A DNA stretch of 32,000 bases, taken from contig NZ_LN831039.1 of assembly GCF_001457595.1 (NCBI RefSeq), positions 1,830,001 to 1,862,000 of the forward strand. Reading direction: 5' to 3'. The position numbers were made by a program, and so were the translations under genes. The notes under the pieces were generated by a model. It ran no database searches, had not been told where the DNA came from, and saw nothing but the letters and a program-made list of their open reading frames with translations. The stretch's first letter is position 1. Each line of letters starts with the position of its first letter. The stretch is from Mycolicibacterium smegmatis (GTDB lineage: Bacteria; Actinomycetota; Actinomycetes; Mycobacteriales; Mycobacteriaceae). Positions 1 to 8,144 of this stretch are shown here, in pieces.

Positions 1-776
1 AGCAGCACGTCGTACTCGTCGCAGATCTCGCGGACACGCTCGAAGTACCCGGGCGGCGGCGGGAAGCAGCCACCGGCGTTCTGCACGGGCTCGAGGAACA
101 CCGCGGCGACGGTGTCGGGGCCCTCGAACTCGATGGCCTCGGCGATCCGGTCGGCGCAGTAGCGGCCGAAAGCCTTTTCGTCGTGGGCATATTCGGCAGG
201 TGCACGGTAGAAGTTGGTGTTCGGTGCGCGGAACCCGCCGGGGGTCAGCGGCTCGAACGGCGCCTTGAAGGCCGGGATGCCGGTGATCGCCAGCGCACCC
301 TGCGGCGTGCCGTGGTAGGCGATCGAGCGCGAGACGACCTTGTGCTTGCCGGGCTTGCCGGTCAGCTTGAAGTACTGCTTGGCCAGCTTCCACGCGCTCT
401 CGACGGCCTCGCCGCCGCCGGTGGTGAAGAAGACGCGGTTGAGGTCGCCCGGTGCGAAACTCGCGACGCGCTCGGCCAGTTCGATGGCAGGCGGGGTGGC
501 GTAGGACCACAGCGGGAAGAACGACAGCTTCTCGGCCTGCTTGGCGGCGGCCTCGGCGAGTTCCTTGCGGCCGTGGCCGACCTGGACGACGAACAGGCCG
601 CTCAGGCCGTCGATGTAGCTCTTGCCGGAGTCGTCGAAGATCTTGACGCCCTCGCCGCGCGTGATGATCGGCGGGGTGATGCCGTCACCATGGCGGGCGA
701 AGTGGCCCCACAGGTGCCGGTTCGCCTTGGCGCCGAGGTCCGTCGGCGCTGTTTGAGTGATATCTGCGGTTGTCAT
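1..776 (-). CDS. class-III PLP-dependent aminotransferase (omega/putrescine-type). The N-terminal 258 codons are visible and the gene runs off the left edge
   Basis: Absent from the ORF track because it is open at the window edge. My reverse-strand translation from ATG 776-774 gives [96 protein letters not shown]...[35 protein letters not shown]. This is typical of aminotransferase class III. The start forms an ATGA overlap with the stop of the upstream Lrp gene. Confidence 0.85.
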   Translation of the reverse strand, partial: [258 protein letters not shown]

Positions 777-1327
777 CTGGTTCCCCAATTGTATTGCTGT
801 TTAACAAGTTTCAAATAAACGAGGGTCTCGGTGGATATCACTCCCGGTAATGCGCGAATCTTGGTGTTGAGTAGTTCCAGCAGGCTATCGTCGTCCTCGC
901 AGACAACCTCGACGATCGCGTCGAACGAGCCCGCGGTCAGCACCACGTAGTCGACGGATTCGATCTGGGCGAGTTTCTCGGCCAGCTTGGTGGTGTCGCC
1001 GGTGCAACGGATCCCGATCATCGCCTGACGCGCGAAGCCCAACTGCAACGGGTCGGTGACCGCGACGATCTGCATGACGCCGGCGTCGACCATGCGTTGC
1101 ACACGCTGTCGCACGGCGGCCTCGGACAGGCCGACGGCCTTGCCGATGCCGGCGTAGGACCGCCTGCCGTCGGCCTGCAGCTTCTCGATGATTGCCTTGG
1201 ACAATTCATCGAGCTGAAATGCACCGGGACGAGAATGGTTCACCCGTAGCGACGGCACGGGTGCCAGCTCGTGACCATCGGGGTTGGTCATGCCACGATT
1301 GTGCACGGAATCCGTTGTTTGGGGCAA
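773..1327 (-). CDS. Lrp/AsnC family transcriptional regulator
   Basis: 184-aa ORF. HTH region LDELSKAIIEKLQADGRRSYAGIGKAVGLSEAAVRQRVQRMVDAGV is followed by an AsnC-type ligand-binding (RAM) domain. An alternative start is M13 at 1291. It is divergent from the aldehyde dehydrogenase and translationally coupled (ATGA) to the aminotransferase. Confidence 0.85.
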   Translation of the reverse strand: MPQTTDSVHNRGMTNPDGHELAPVPSLRVNHSRPGAFQLDELSKAIIEKLQADGRRSYAGIGKAVGLSEAAVRQRVQRMVDAGVMQIVAVTDPLQLGFARQAMIGIRCTGDTTKLAEKLAQIESVDYVVLTAGSFDAIVEVVCEDDDSLLELLNTKIRALPGVISTETLVYLKLVKQQYNWGTR

Positions 1328-1369
1328 CAGTATCGATGAAATCGCTCGTTTGAAGGCACCTCGACTGCG

Positions 1370-1391
1370 GGATTGCGTAGGGATTGCGTAG
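1370..1391. promoter_or_regulatory. exact 11-bp tandem direct repeat GGATTGCGTAG x2 in the Lrp/ALDH divergent intergenic region, a candidate regulator binding site
   Basis: Read directly: ggattgcgtag at 1370-1380 and again at 1381-1391. An 8-bp palindrome CCGATCGG follows at 1404-1411. The repeat lies 34 nt upstream of the ALDH ATG (1425). Confidence 0.35.
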
Positions 1392-1424
1392 CCGAACCGG
1401 GCTCCGATCGGTTAGCGTTGGCCC

Positions 1425-2912
1425 ATGAGTGTGGCAGTAAAAGTCGCGAGCAGTTGGATCAATGGTGCCTCGGTGGAGACCTCCGGGGAAACCCACCAGA
1501 TCATCGACCCGGCAACGGGCAAATCGGTCTCCGAGTACAACCTGGCCACCGCGGCCGACGTGGACACCGCCGTCGCCGCTGCACGCGCCGCATTTCCCGC
1601 GTGGGCGGGCGCAACCCCGGCCGAGCGTTCGGCCGTTCTGGCGAAGCTGGCCAAGCTGGCCGACGAGCACGCCGAGCAGTTCGTGGCCGAAGAGGTCAGC
1701 CAGACCGGCAAACCCGTCCGCCTGGCCACTGAGTTCGACGTACCCGGCAGCGTCGACAACATCGATTTCTTTGCCGGCGCGGCCCGGCACCTCGAAGGCA
1801 AGGCGACCGCCGAATACTCCGGTGACCACACGTCGAGCATCCGCCGCGAGGCCGTCGGTGTGGTCGCGACCATCACCCCGTGGAACTACCCGCTGCAGAT
1901 GGCCGTGTGGAAGGTGATCCCGGCACTGGCCGCGGGCTGCGCCGTGGTGATCAAACCCGCCGAGATCACGCCGCTGACCACACTGACCCTGGCCAGGCTG
2001 GCCAGCGAGGCCGGTCTGCCCGACGGGGTGTTCAACGTCGTCACCGGATCGGGTGCCGAGGTGGGCACCGCGCTGGCCGGGCACCGCGACGTCGACGTCG
2101 TGACGTTCACGGGCTCCACCGCGGTCGGCCGCAAGGTCATGGCCTCCGCGGCCGTCCACGGCCACCGCACCCAGCTGGAACTGGGCGGCAAGGCCCCGTT
2201 CGTGGTGTTCTCTGACGCCGATCTCGACGCCGCCGTCCAGGGCGCGGTGGCCGGTGCGCTGATCAACACCGGACAGGACTGCACGGCCGCGACACGCGCC
2301 ATCGTCGCCCGCGAGCTCTACGACGACTTCGTCGCGGGCGTCGCCGAGGTGATGGGCAAGATCGTCGTCGGCGATCCGCACGATCCCGACACCGACCTCG
2401 GGCCGCTGATCTCGTACGCGCACCGCGACAAGGTGGCGGGCATGGTGGCGCGGGCGCCGCAGCAGGGCGGACGCGTCGTCACCGGCGGTGAGGCTCCCGA
2501 TCTGCCCGGCGCGTTCTACCGCCCGACGCTGATCGCCGACGTCGACGAGTCCTCCGAGGTGTACCGCGACGAGATCTTCGGCCCGGTGCTCACGGTGCGC
2601 TCGTTCACCGACGACGACGACGCGCTGCGCCAGGCCAACGACACCGAGTACGGTCTGGCGGCCTCGGCGTGGACCCGCGACGTGTACCGCGCGCAGCGCG
2701 CCTCACGCGAGATCAACGCGGGCTGTGTGTGGATCAACGACCACATCCCGATCATCAGCGAGATGCCGCACGGCGGTGTCGGTGCGTCGGGCTTCGGCAA
2801 GGACATGAGCGACTACTCGTTCGAGGAGTACCTCACCATCAAGCACGTGATGAGCGACATCACGGGTGTGGCCGAAAAGGAATGGCACCGCACCATCTTC
2901 AACAAGCGATAG
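1425..2912 (+). CDS. NAD(P)-dependent aldehyde dehydrogenase (aminobutyraldehyde/betaine-aldehyde dehydrogenase-like)
   Basis: 495-aa ORF with canonical ALDH motifs: TPWNYPL, VIKPAEITPLT, FTGSTAVG, ELGGKAP and the catalytic Cys region GQDCTAATR. The genomic context is an aminotransferase plus Lrp. Confidence 0.9.
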   Translation: MSVAVKVASSWINGASVETSGETHQIIDPATGKSVSEYNLATAADVDTAVAAARAAFPAWAGATPAERSAVLAKLAKLADEHAEQFVAEEVSQTGKPVRLATEFDVPGSVDNIDFFAGAARHLEGKATAEYSGDHTSSIRREAVGVVATITPWNYPLQMAVWKVIPALAAGCAVVIKPAEITPLTTLTLARLASEAGLPDGVFNVVTGSGAEVGTALAGHRDVDVVTFTGSTAVGRKVMASAAVHGHRTQLELGGKAPFVVFSDADLDAAVQGAVAGALINTGQDCTAATRAIVARELYDDFVAGVAEVMGKIVVGDPHDPDTDLGPLISYAHRDKVAGMVARAPQQGGRVVTGGEAPDLPGAFYRPTLIADVDESSEVYRDEIFGPVLTVRSFTDDDDALRQANDTEYGLAASAWTRDVYRAQRASREINAGCVWINDHIPIISEMPHGGVGASGFGKDMSDYSFEEYLTIKHVMSDITGVAEKEWHRTIFNKR

Positions 2913-2922
2913 CGCCGAGACG

Positions 2923-2965
2923 ACGGTTTGTGGTGTGGAAACGCGGTTTTCCCGCCACAAACCGT
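2923..2965 (+). terminator. stem-loop 11 nt downstream of the ALDH stop codon, a candidate intrinsic terminator without a U-tract
   Basis: Perfect 11-nt arms ACGGTTTGTGG (2923-2933) and CCACAAACCGT (2955-2965). Extra inner pairing GGAAA/TTTCC is possible. No T-run follows, as is common in mycobacteria. Confidence 0.45.
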
Positions 2966-3015
2966 AGTGTCGGCGGTCGTGGAAGGCGGCGCGACCGAGC
3001 GTTATCGTCTGAAGT

Positions 3016-3930
3016 GTGACCACCGCCGCGCGGACGGACCAGTTCGAGGCGCTGCGACCCCACCTCTTGGCGGTCGCCTACCGCTTGACGGGGACCTACG
3101 CCGACGCCGAGGACATCGTCCAAGAGGCGTGGATCAGATGGGCCGGCCAGGAGGCGCCCATCGAAAACCTCCAGGCCTGGCTGACCACCGTCGTCAGCCG
3201 CCTCGGCCTGGACCGTTTGCGATCGGCCGCGCACCGTCGTGAGTCCTATTACGGTGAGTGGCTGCCCGAACCCGTGGTGACCGGCATCGACGGCAACGAT
3301 CCGCTCAACGCCGTGGTGGCGGGTGAGGACGCGCGCTTCGCGGCGATGGTGGTGCTCGAACAGCTCAGCCCCGACCAGCGCGTCGCGTTCGTCCTGCACG
3401 ACGGCTTCGGCGTGCCGTTCCCCGACATCGCCGACGTCCTCGGCGTGAGCGCGGCCTCGGCGCGGCAACTGGCATCGCGGGCGCGACGCGCGGTCGCCGA
3501 CGCTCCACCGCCGGTCGACGACAACACCCACAACGAGATCGCTGGGGCGTTGATGGCGGCGCTGGCCGCGGGCGACATGGACGGCGTCGTGCGCCTGCTG
3601 CACCCGGACGTCACGTTCACCGGCGACTCGAACCGCAAGGCGCCGACGGCGCCGCGCGTCATCCACGGGCCCGAGAAGGTCGCGCGGTTCCTGTTCGGGC
3701 TCGCGCGACGCTACGGGCCGAACTGGTTGGCCGGCGCGCAATTGGCCCTCATCAACGGCGAACTGGGCACCTACACCCCGGGTGCGCCCGCGGGGGACGG
3801 GTATCCCGAACTGCTGCCGCGCATCACCGCGATGACGGTGCGCGACGGCAAGGTCTGTGCGGTGTGGGACGTCGCAAATCCCGACAAGTTCACCGGTTCA
3901 CCACTCGGCGCCGCGGTCAGACGCCCATGA
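3016..3930 (+). CDS. ECF sigma factor, group ECF41 (SigJ-like), with a fused SnoaL-like C-terminal domain
   Basis: 304-aa ORF with a GTG start. Sigma2 region is DAEDIVQEAWIRW. The ECF41 linker signature YYGEWLPEP is present. Sigma4 HTH is FPDIADVLGVSAASARQLASRARR. A roughly 100-aa C-terminal extension ends in VANPDKFTG, matching the NPDKL-type motif described for ECF41. Confidence 0.85.
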   Translation: MTTAARTDQFEALRPHLLAVAYRLTGTYADAEDIVQEAWIRWAGQEAPIENLQAWLTTVVSRLGLDRLRSAAHRRESYYGEWLPEPVVTGIDGNDPLNAVVAGEDARFAAMVVLEQLSPDQRVAFVLHDGFGVPFPDIADVLGVSAASARQLASRARRAVADAPPPVDDNTHNEIAGALMAALAAGDMDGVVRLLHPDVTFTGDSNRKAPTAPRVIHGPEKVARFLFGLARRYGPNWLAGAQLALINGELGTYTPGAPAGDGYPELLPRITAMTVRDGKVCAVWDVANPDKFTGSPLGAAVRRP

Positions 3931-4451
3931 TGCCCGGCGACCGGGGAAACCTGGGCCAGACGTTCGGCTGGATCGTGAACCGCGGCATGGACAAGATGCG
4001 TCACCGCGAGGCGTTCGAGATCGGGGAGCCGACCGCTGCCGACTTCACGGGCTTCGAGCGTCACCGCCAGATCCTGCTGGTGACGTTCAAACGCTCCGGT
4101 GAGGCCGTGCCCAGCCCCATCAACCACGGCGTCGCGGACGGCAAGCTGTACGTGCGCACCGAGGCGTCGACCGCGAAGGTCAAGCGAATCCGCAACAATC
4201 CCAACGTGATCGTCGCGCCGTGCACCCTGCGGGGCAGGCCCAGCGGGCCGGTGGTCGCGGGCACCGCGCGCATCCTGGGAGAGTCCGAGCACGCGCGCGC
4301 CGACGCCGTGATCGAGGCCAACTGGAGCCTGCCGATGAAGCTGTTCGAGCGCACCCTCGACAGGGGCAGTCGAACCTTCGGTGTGCCAATGGCTTACATC
4401 GAGATCAGCCCTGCTGGGCCCACGGGACCCGGCACGCATCCCCCGAGCTGA
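3927..4451 (+). CDS. PPOX-class (pyridoxamine 5'-phosphate oxidase fold) probable F420-dependent oxidoreductase
   Basis: The track ORF is 3864..4451. I place the start at ATG 3927, which forms an ATGA overlap with the sigma stop codon. Family-typical segments: RQILLVTFKRSGEAVPSPI, GKLYVRTEASTAKVKRIRNNPNVIVAPCTLRGRPSGP. Confidence 0.72.
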   Translation: MMPGDRGNLGQTFGWIVNRGMDKMRHREAFEIGEPTAADFTGFERHRQILLVTFKRSGEAVPSPINHGVADGKLYVRTEASTAKVKRIRNNPNVIVAPCTLRGRPSGPVVAGTARILGESEHARADAVIEANWSLPMKLFERTLDRGSRTFGVPMAYIEISPAGPTGPGTHPPS

Positions 4452-4992
4452 AGCCCTGCTCGGTGATGCCGAGTGCCGAATACATGCGCGCACGCATGTT
4501 CTCCACACCGATCTGGTAAGTCAGCTCGATCACGCCATCGTCGCCGAAGCGCCTGCGCAGGTCGGCCACCTGTTCGTCGGTGACGGCGTGCGGGTCGGTG
4601 GTCATCGCGTCGGCGTAGGCGATCGCGGCGCGCTCGTCCTCGTTGAACGACGGTGAGGTGGCGTAGTCGTCGATGTGCTTCAGCCGCTCGACGTCCAGAT
4701 TCTCCAGCCGCATCAGCATCGAGCCGAAGTCCACGCACCACGAGCAGCCCACCGTGCGGGCCGTCCAGAACACCGCGAGCTCACGGACACTGGCGGGCAG
4801 CTTCTTCGACCCGCCCTGCAGCAGGCCCTCGTGCACGGCGTTGGCGAGCAGCAGCCGCGGATGGTGCGCCGCCACCGTGAACGGTTCGGGCACCTCGCCG
4901 AAGCGCTTCTTGGCGTAGCGGTACATCAGCCGGGTCAGCAGACCGGCCTGTTGCGGGGGAAGGGGAGCGATTCTCGTCTTCGTTTCGGTCAT
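4405..4992 (-). CDS. carboxymuconolactone decarboxylase (CMD/AhpD-like) family protein
   Basis: The track ORF 4405..5226 would run into sdhB. The internal ATG at 4992 (MTETKTRIAPLPPQQAGLLTRLMYRYAKKRFG...) gives a 195-aa protein with the CxxC-type motif GCSWC typical of this family. It is preceded by an ECF41-type promoter. Confidence 0.8.
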   Translation of the reverse strand: MTETKTRIAPLPPQQAGLLTRLMYRYAKKRFGEVPEPFTVAAHHPRLLLANAVHEGLLQGGSKKLPASVRELAVFWTARTVGCSWCVDFGSMLMRLENLDVERLKHIDDYATSPSFNEDERAAIAYADAMTTDPHAVTDEQVADLRRRFGDDGVIELTYQIGVENMRARMYSALGITEQGFSSGDACRVPWAQQG

Positions 4993-5000
4993 ATCTGTCA

Positions 5001-5027
5001 GACGAGGCAGCGCCGCAGAGTGTGACA
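5001..5027 (-). promoter_or_regulatory. ECF41-type promoter TGTCACA-N16-CGTC upstream of the CMD gene
   Basis: The minus strand reads cccTGTCACActctgcggcgctgcctCGTCtgacagatATG. The -35 TGTCACA is at plus coordinates 5027-5021. The spacer is exactly 16 nt (5020-5005). The -10 CGTC is at 5004-5001. Eight nt then separate it from the ATG at 4992, which predicts a leaderless or near-leaderless mRNA. Confidence 0.6.
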
Positions 5028-5051
5028 GGGATGTGGGACAGGACCCCGAAA

Positions 5052-5108
5052 CGAGTGTTGGCTTGTGTTCCAGATCCGGAAGGATCCTGGTACACAAGCC
5101 AACACTCG
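5052..5108 (-). terminator. long hairpin 12 nt downstream of the sdhB stop, a candidate sdhCDAB terminator
   Basis: Perfect 17-nt arms CGAGTGTTGGCTTGTGT (5052-5068) and ACACAAGCCAACACTCG (5092-5108). Further pairing is possible inside the loop (CCAG/CTGG, ATCC/GGAT). On the minus strand it is followed by TTTCGGGG. Confidence 0.55.
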
Positions 5109-5120
5109 ACGATAAGAAAC

Positions 5121-5906
5121 TCAGCGCGCGAACATCAGCGCGCGCTTTACCTCCTGGATCGCCTGGGTCACCTGGATGCCACGCGGGCAGGCCTCGGTGC
5201 AGTTGAACGTCGTGCGGCAGCGCCACACCCCGTCGACCTCGTTGAGGATGTCGAGACGCTCGGCGGCGGCCTCGTCACGCGAATCGAAGATGAACCGGTG
5301 CGCGTTGACGATCGCGGCCGGACCGAAGTACGAACCCTCGCTCCAGTACACCGGGCAGCTCGTGGTGCAGCAGGCACACAGGATGCACTTGGTGGTGTCG
5401 TCGTAGCGGGCGCGGTCGGTCGGGCTCTGGATGCGCTCCTTGGTGGGCGGGTTGCCGCTGGTCACCAGGAACGGCTTGACGGCACGGTAGGCGTCGAAGA
5501 ACGGCTCCATGTTCACCACCAGGTCCTTCTCCACGGGCAGGCCGCGGATGGGCTCGATGGTGATGGTGAGCTGCTTGTTGGGGTTCTTCGGCAGCATGTC
5601 GCGCATCAGCACCTTGCACGCCAACCGGTTGACGCCGTTGATCCGCATGGCGTCCGAGCCGCACACGCCGTGCGCGCAGGACCGGCGGAACGTCAGCGTG
5701 CCGTCCAGGTACCACTTCACGTAGTGCAGCAGGTTGAGCAGACGGTCGCTGGGCAGGCACGGAACCCGGAAGCTCTGCCAGCCTGCGGCGTCGGGGTTCT
5801 CGGGGTTGAACCGTGCGATCTTGAGGGTGACCATCACGGCGCCCTCGGGCACGGGCGGCAGCTCGGGGTCGCCGGCTTCCGGCTTGTCTATGACGGGTGC
5901 ACTCAT
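5121..5906 (-). CDS. sdhB: succinate dehydrogenase iron-sulfur subunit
   Basis: 261-aa ORF with three Cys clusters: CAHGVCGSDAMRING, CILCACCTTSCP, CRTTFNCTEACP. It lies directly downstream of sdhA with a 2-nt gap. Confidence 0.95.
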   Translation of the reverse strand: MSAPVIDKPEAGDPELPPVPEGAVMVTLKIARFNPENPDAAGWQSFRVPCLPSDRLLNLLHYVKWYLDGTLTFRRSCAHGVCGSDAMRINGVNRLACKVLMRDMLPKNPNKQLTITIEPIRGLPVEKDLVVNMEPFFDAYRAVKPFLVTSGNPPTKERIQSPTDRARYDDTTKCILCACCTTSCPVYWSEGSYFGPAAIVNAHRFIFDSRDEAAAERLDILNEVDGVWRCRTTFNCTEACPRGIQVTQAIQEVKRALMFAR

Positions 5907-5908
5907 AT

Positions 5909-7663
5909 TCAGTACTTCCGCTCCATCGGCTCGTACCGGGTCTGGACGACGGGCTTGTAGTCCAGCCGGATATCGGACAGCAGGTCGGTGCCCTGCTTGT
6001 AGGCCATGGTGTGGCGCATGTAGTTGGTGTCGTCGCGGTTGGGGTAGTCCTCGCGCGCGTGTCCGCCGCGGGACTCCTTGCGGTTGAGGGCGCCGACGAC
6101 GGTCACCTCGGCAAGCTCAAGCAGGAAGCCAAGCTCGATGGCCTCCAGCAGGTCGCTGTTGTAGCGCTTGCCCTTGTCGTGCACCGTGATTCGCGAGTAG
6201 CGCTCCTTGAGCGCGTGGATGTCGGTGAGCGCCTGCTTGAGCGTCTCCTCGGTGCGGAACACCGCGGCGTTGTTGTCCATGGACTGCTGCAGCGCACCGC
6301 GGATGTCGGCGACGCGCTCGTTGCCGTGCTCGGACAGGATGTCACCGACCCAGCCGACGACCATCTCGGCCGGGTTCTCGGGCATGTCCACGAAGTTGTG
6401 GTTCTGCGCGTACTCGGCCGCGGCGATGCCGGCGCGGCGGCCGAACACGTTGATGTCCAGCAGCGAGTTGGTGCCCAGACGGTTGGCGCCGTGCACCGAC
6501 ACACACGCACACTCGCCCGCGGCGTACAGGCCGGGGATGACGTTGGTGTTGTCGCGCAGCACCTGGCCGTGGACCGTGGTCGGGATGCCGCCCATGACGT
6601 AGTGGCACGTCGGGTACACCGGCACGAGTTCCTTGACCGGGTCCACACCGAGATAGGTGCGGGCGAACTCGGTGATGTCGGGCAGCTTGGCCTCGAGCAC
6701 ATCCTCACCGAGGTGGCGCACGTCGATGTAGACGTAATCCTTGTTCGGTCCGGCGCCGCGGCCTTCGAGGACCTCGAGCACCATCGAGCGGGCCACGATG
6801 TCGCGCGGCGCGAGGTCGACGATCGTCGGCGCGTAGCGCTCCATGAACCGCTCGCCCTCGCCGTTGAGCAACCGGCCGCCCTCGCCGCGCACGGCCTCGG
6901 AGATCAGGATGCCCAGGCCGGCCAGGCCCGTCGGGTGGAACTGGTGGAACTCCATGTCCTCCAAGGGAAGTCCCTTGCGGAAGACGATGCCCAGGCCGTC
7001 ACCGGTCAGCGTGTGGGCGTTGGAGGTGGTCTTGTACATCCGGCCCGACCCGCCCGTGGCGAACACGATCGCCTTGGCGTGGAAGACGTGGATGTCGCCG
7101 GTGGCCAGTTCGTAGGCGATGACGCCGGTGGCGACCGGACCCGCCGGGGTCTCGGTCAGTGCGATGTCGAGCGCGTAGAACTCGTTGAAGAACTCGACGT
7201 CGTGCTTGACGCAGTTTTGGTACAGCGTCTGCAGGATCATGTGGCCCGTGCGGTCGGCGGCGTAGCAGGCGCGGCGCACCGGGGCCTTGCCGTGGTCACG
7301 GGTGTGCCCGCCGAAGCGGCGCTGGTCGATGCGGCCCTCGGGGGTGCGGTTGAACGGCATCCCCATCTTCTCGAGGTCGAGGACCGCGTCGATGGCTTCC
7401 TTGCACATGATCTCGACGGCGTCCTGGTCGGCGAGGTAGTCGCCGCCCTTGACGGTGTCGAAGGTGTGCCACTCCCAGTTGTCTTCTTCGACGTTGGCCA
7501 GCGCGGCACACATGCCGCCCTGCGCCGCACCGGTGTGGCTACGCGTGGGGTACAGCTTGGTCAGCACCGCGGTGCGTGCCCGCGGGCCTGCCTCGACGGC
7601 CGCCCGCATGCCGGCGCCGCCTGCGCCGACGATGACGACGTCGTAGCGATGTTCCTGAATCAT
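5909..7663 (-). CDS. sdhA: succinate dehydrogenase flavoprotein subunit
   Basis: 584-aa ORF. It has the FAD-binding N-terminus VVIVGAGGAGMRAA and the covalent-FAD His motif RSHTGAAQGG, plus HPTG, RGEGG and the C-terminal ESRGGHAREDYP. An AAGGA Shine-Dalgarno precedes the ATG at 7663. Confidence 0.97.
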   Translation of the reverse strand: MIQEHRYDVVIVGAGGAGMRAAVEAGPRARTAVLTKLYPTRSHTGAAQGGMCAALANVEEDNWEWHTFDTVKGGDYLADQDAVEIMCKEAIDAVLDLEKMGMPFNRTPEGRIDQRRFGGHTRDHGKAPVRRACYAADRTGHMILQTLYQNCVKHDVEFFNEFYALDIALTETPAGPVATGVIAYELATGDIHVFHAKAIVFATGGSGRMYKTTSNAHTLTGDGLGIVFRKGLPLEDMEFHQFHPTGLAGLGILISEAVRGEGGRLLNGEGERFMERYAPTIVDLAPRDIVARSMVLEVLEGRGAGPNKDYVYIDVRHLGEDVLEAKLPDITEFARTYLGVDPVKELVPVYPTCHYVMGGIPTTVHGQVLRDNTNVIPGLYAAGECACVSVHGANRLGTNSLLDINVFGRRAGIAAAEYAQNHNFVDMPENPAEMVVGWVGDILSEHGNERVADIRGALQQSMDNNAAVFRTEETLKQALTDIHALKERYSRITVHDKGKRYNSDLLEAIELGFLLELAEVTVVGALNRKESRGGHAREDYPNRDDTNYMRHTMAYKQGTDLLSDIRLDYKPVVQTRYEPMERKY

Positions 7664-7673
7664 CCTGCGTCCT

Positions 7674-8144
7674 TTATGAAATATTCGCGTCGAAGGTGAC
7701 CAGTACGTAGCTGCCCAGCACCAACGTGAAACCGGTCGCCAGCAGCAGAAGCGAGTTCAGCCAGAACTTCGTGACGTTCTTGCGGGCGTAGTCACCGATG
7801 ATGGTGCGCATGCCGTTGGCGCCGTGGATCATTGCCAACCAGAGCAGGGCCATGTCCCAGATCTGCCAGAACGGCGAGGCCCAGCGCTCTGCGACGTAGT
7901 TGAAATCGATCCGGTACACGCCGTCCTGCCACATCAGCATGATGAACAGGTGGCCGAGCGCCAGGAACACCAGCGCGATACCGGAGAACCGCATGAACAG
8001 CCAGGCGTACTTCTCGAAGTACGGGATGCCGCGAGGCTTGCGTGGCGCGCGCGGGTGATCGAGCGCGGCCGGGCGATCGTGCTCACGTTCCATCACGGGC
8101 GCCGGGCGCCCCAGGCGGGATTCGCCTGCCCCTGGCGCGCTCAC
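7674..8144 (-). CDS. sdhD: succinate dehydrogenase membrane anchor subunit
   Basis: 156-aa hydrophobic ORF between sdhC and sdhA. Its GTG start forms a GTGA overlap with the sdhC stop. Three predicted TM helices follow an N-terminal polar extension. Confidence 0.85.
   Translation of the reverse strand: MSAPGAGESRLGRPAPVMEREHDRPAALDHPRAPRKPRGIPYFEKYAWLFMRFSGIALVFLALGHLFIMLMWQDGVYRIDFNYVAERWASPFWQIWDMALLWLAMIHGANGMRTIIGDYARKNVTKFWLNSLLLLATGFTLVLGSYVLVTFDANIS

Noticed and set aside
183-818. 211-aa plus-strand ORF at the left edge
   Set aside because: It is antisense to the edge-truncated aminotransferase, which has a clear class-III sequence.
1206-2423. 405-aa minus-strand ORF
   Set aside because: It is antisense to the aldehyde dehydrogenase gene and has low-complexity G/R/A/D composition.
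2981-3009. GGAAG ... CGTC upstream of the first ECF41 gene, considered as an ECF-type (SigH/SigE or ECF41) promoter
   Set aside because: The sequence 16 nt upstream of the CGTC at 3006-3009 is AAGGCGG, not TGTCACA. The spacings from GGAA to GTT or CGTC do not fit the SigH/SigE consensus.
4993-5226. Upstream extension of the CMD ORF to 5226
   Set aside because: It would overlap the 3' end of sdhB and the terminator hairpin. The family-typical protein starts at MTETKTR (4992), and the ECF41 promoter lies inside the extension.
5897-7699. 600-aa plus-strand ORF
   Set aside because: It is antisense to sdhA, whose identity is unambiguous. The translation is Ala/Gly/Val/Arg/Asp-rich with no motifs. 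This is the classic high-GC antisense open frame.
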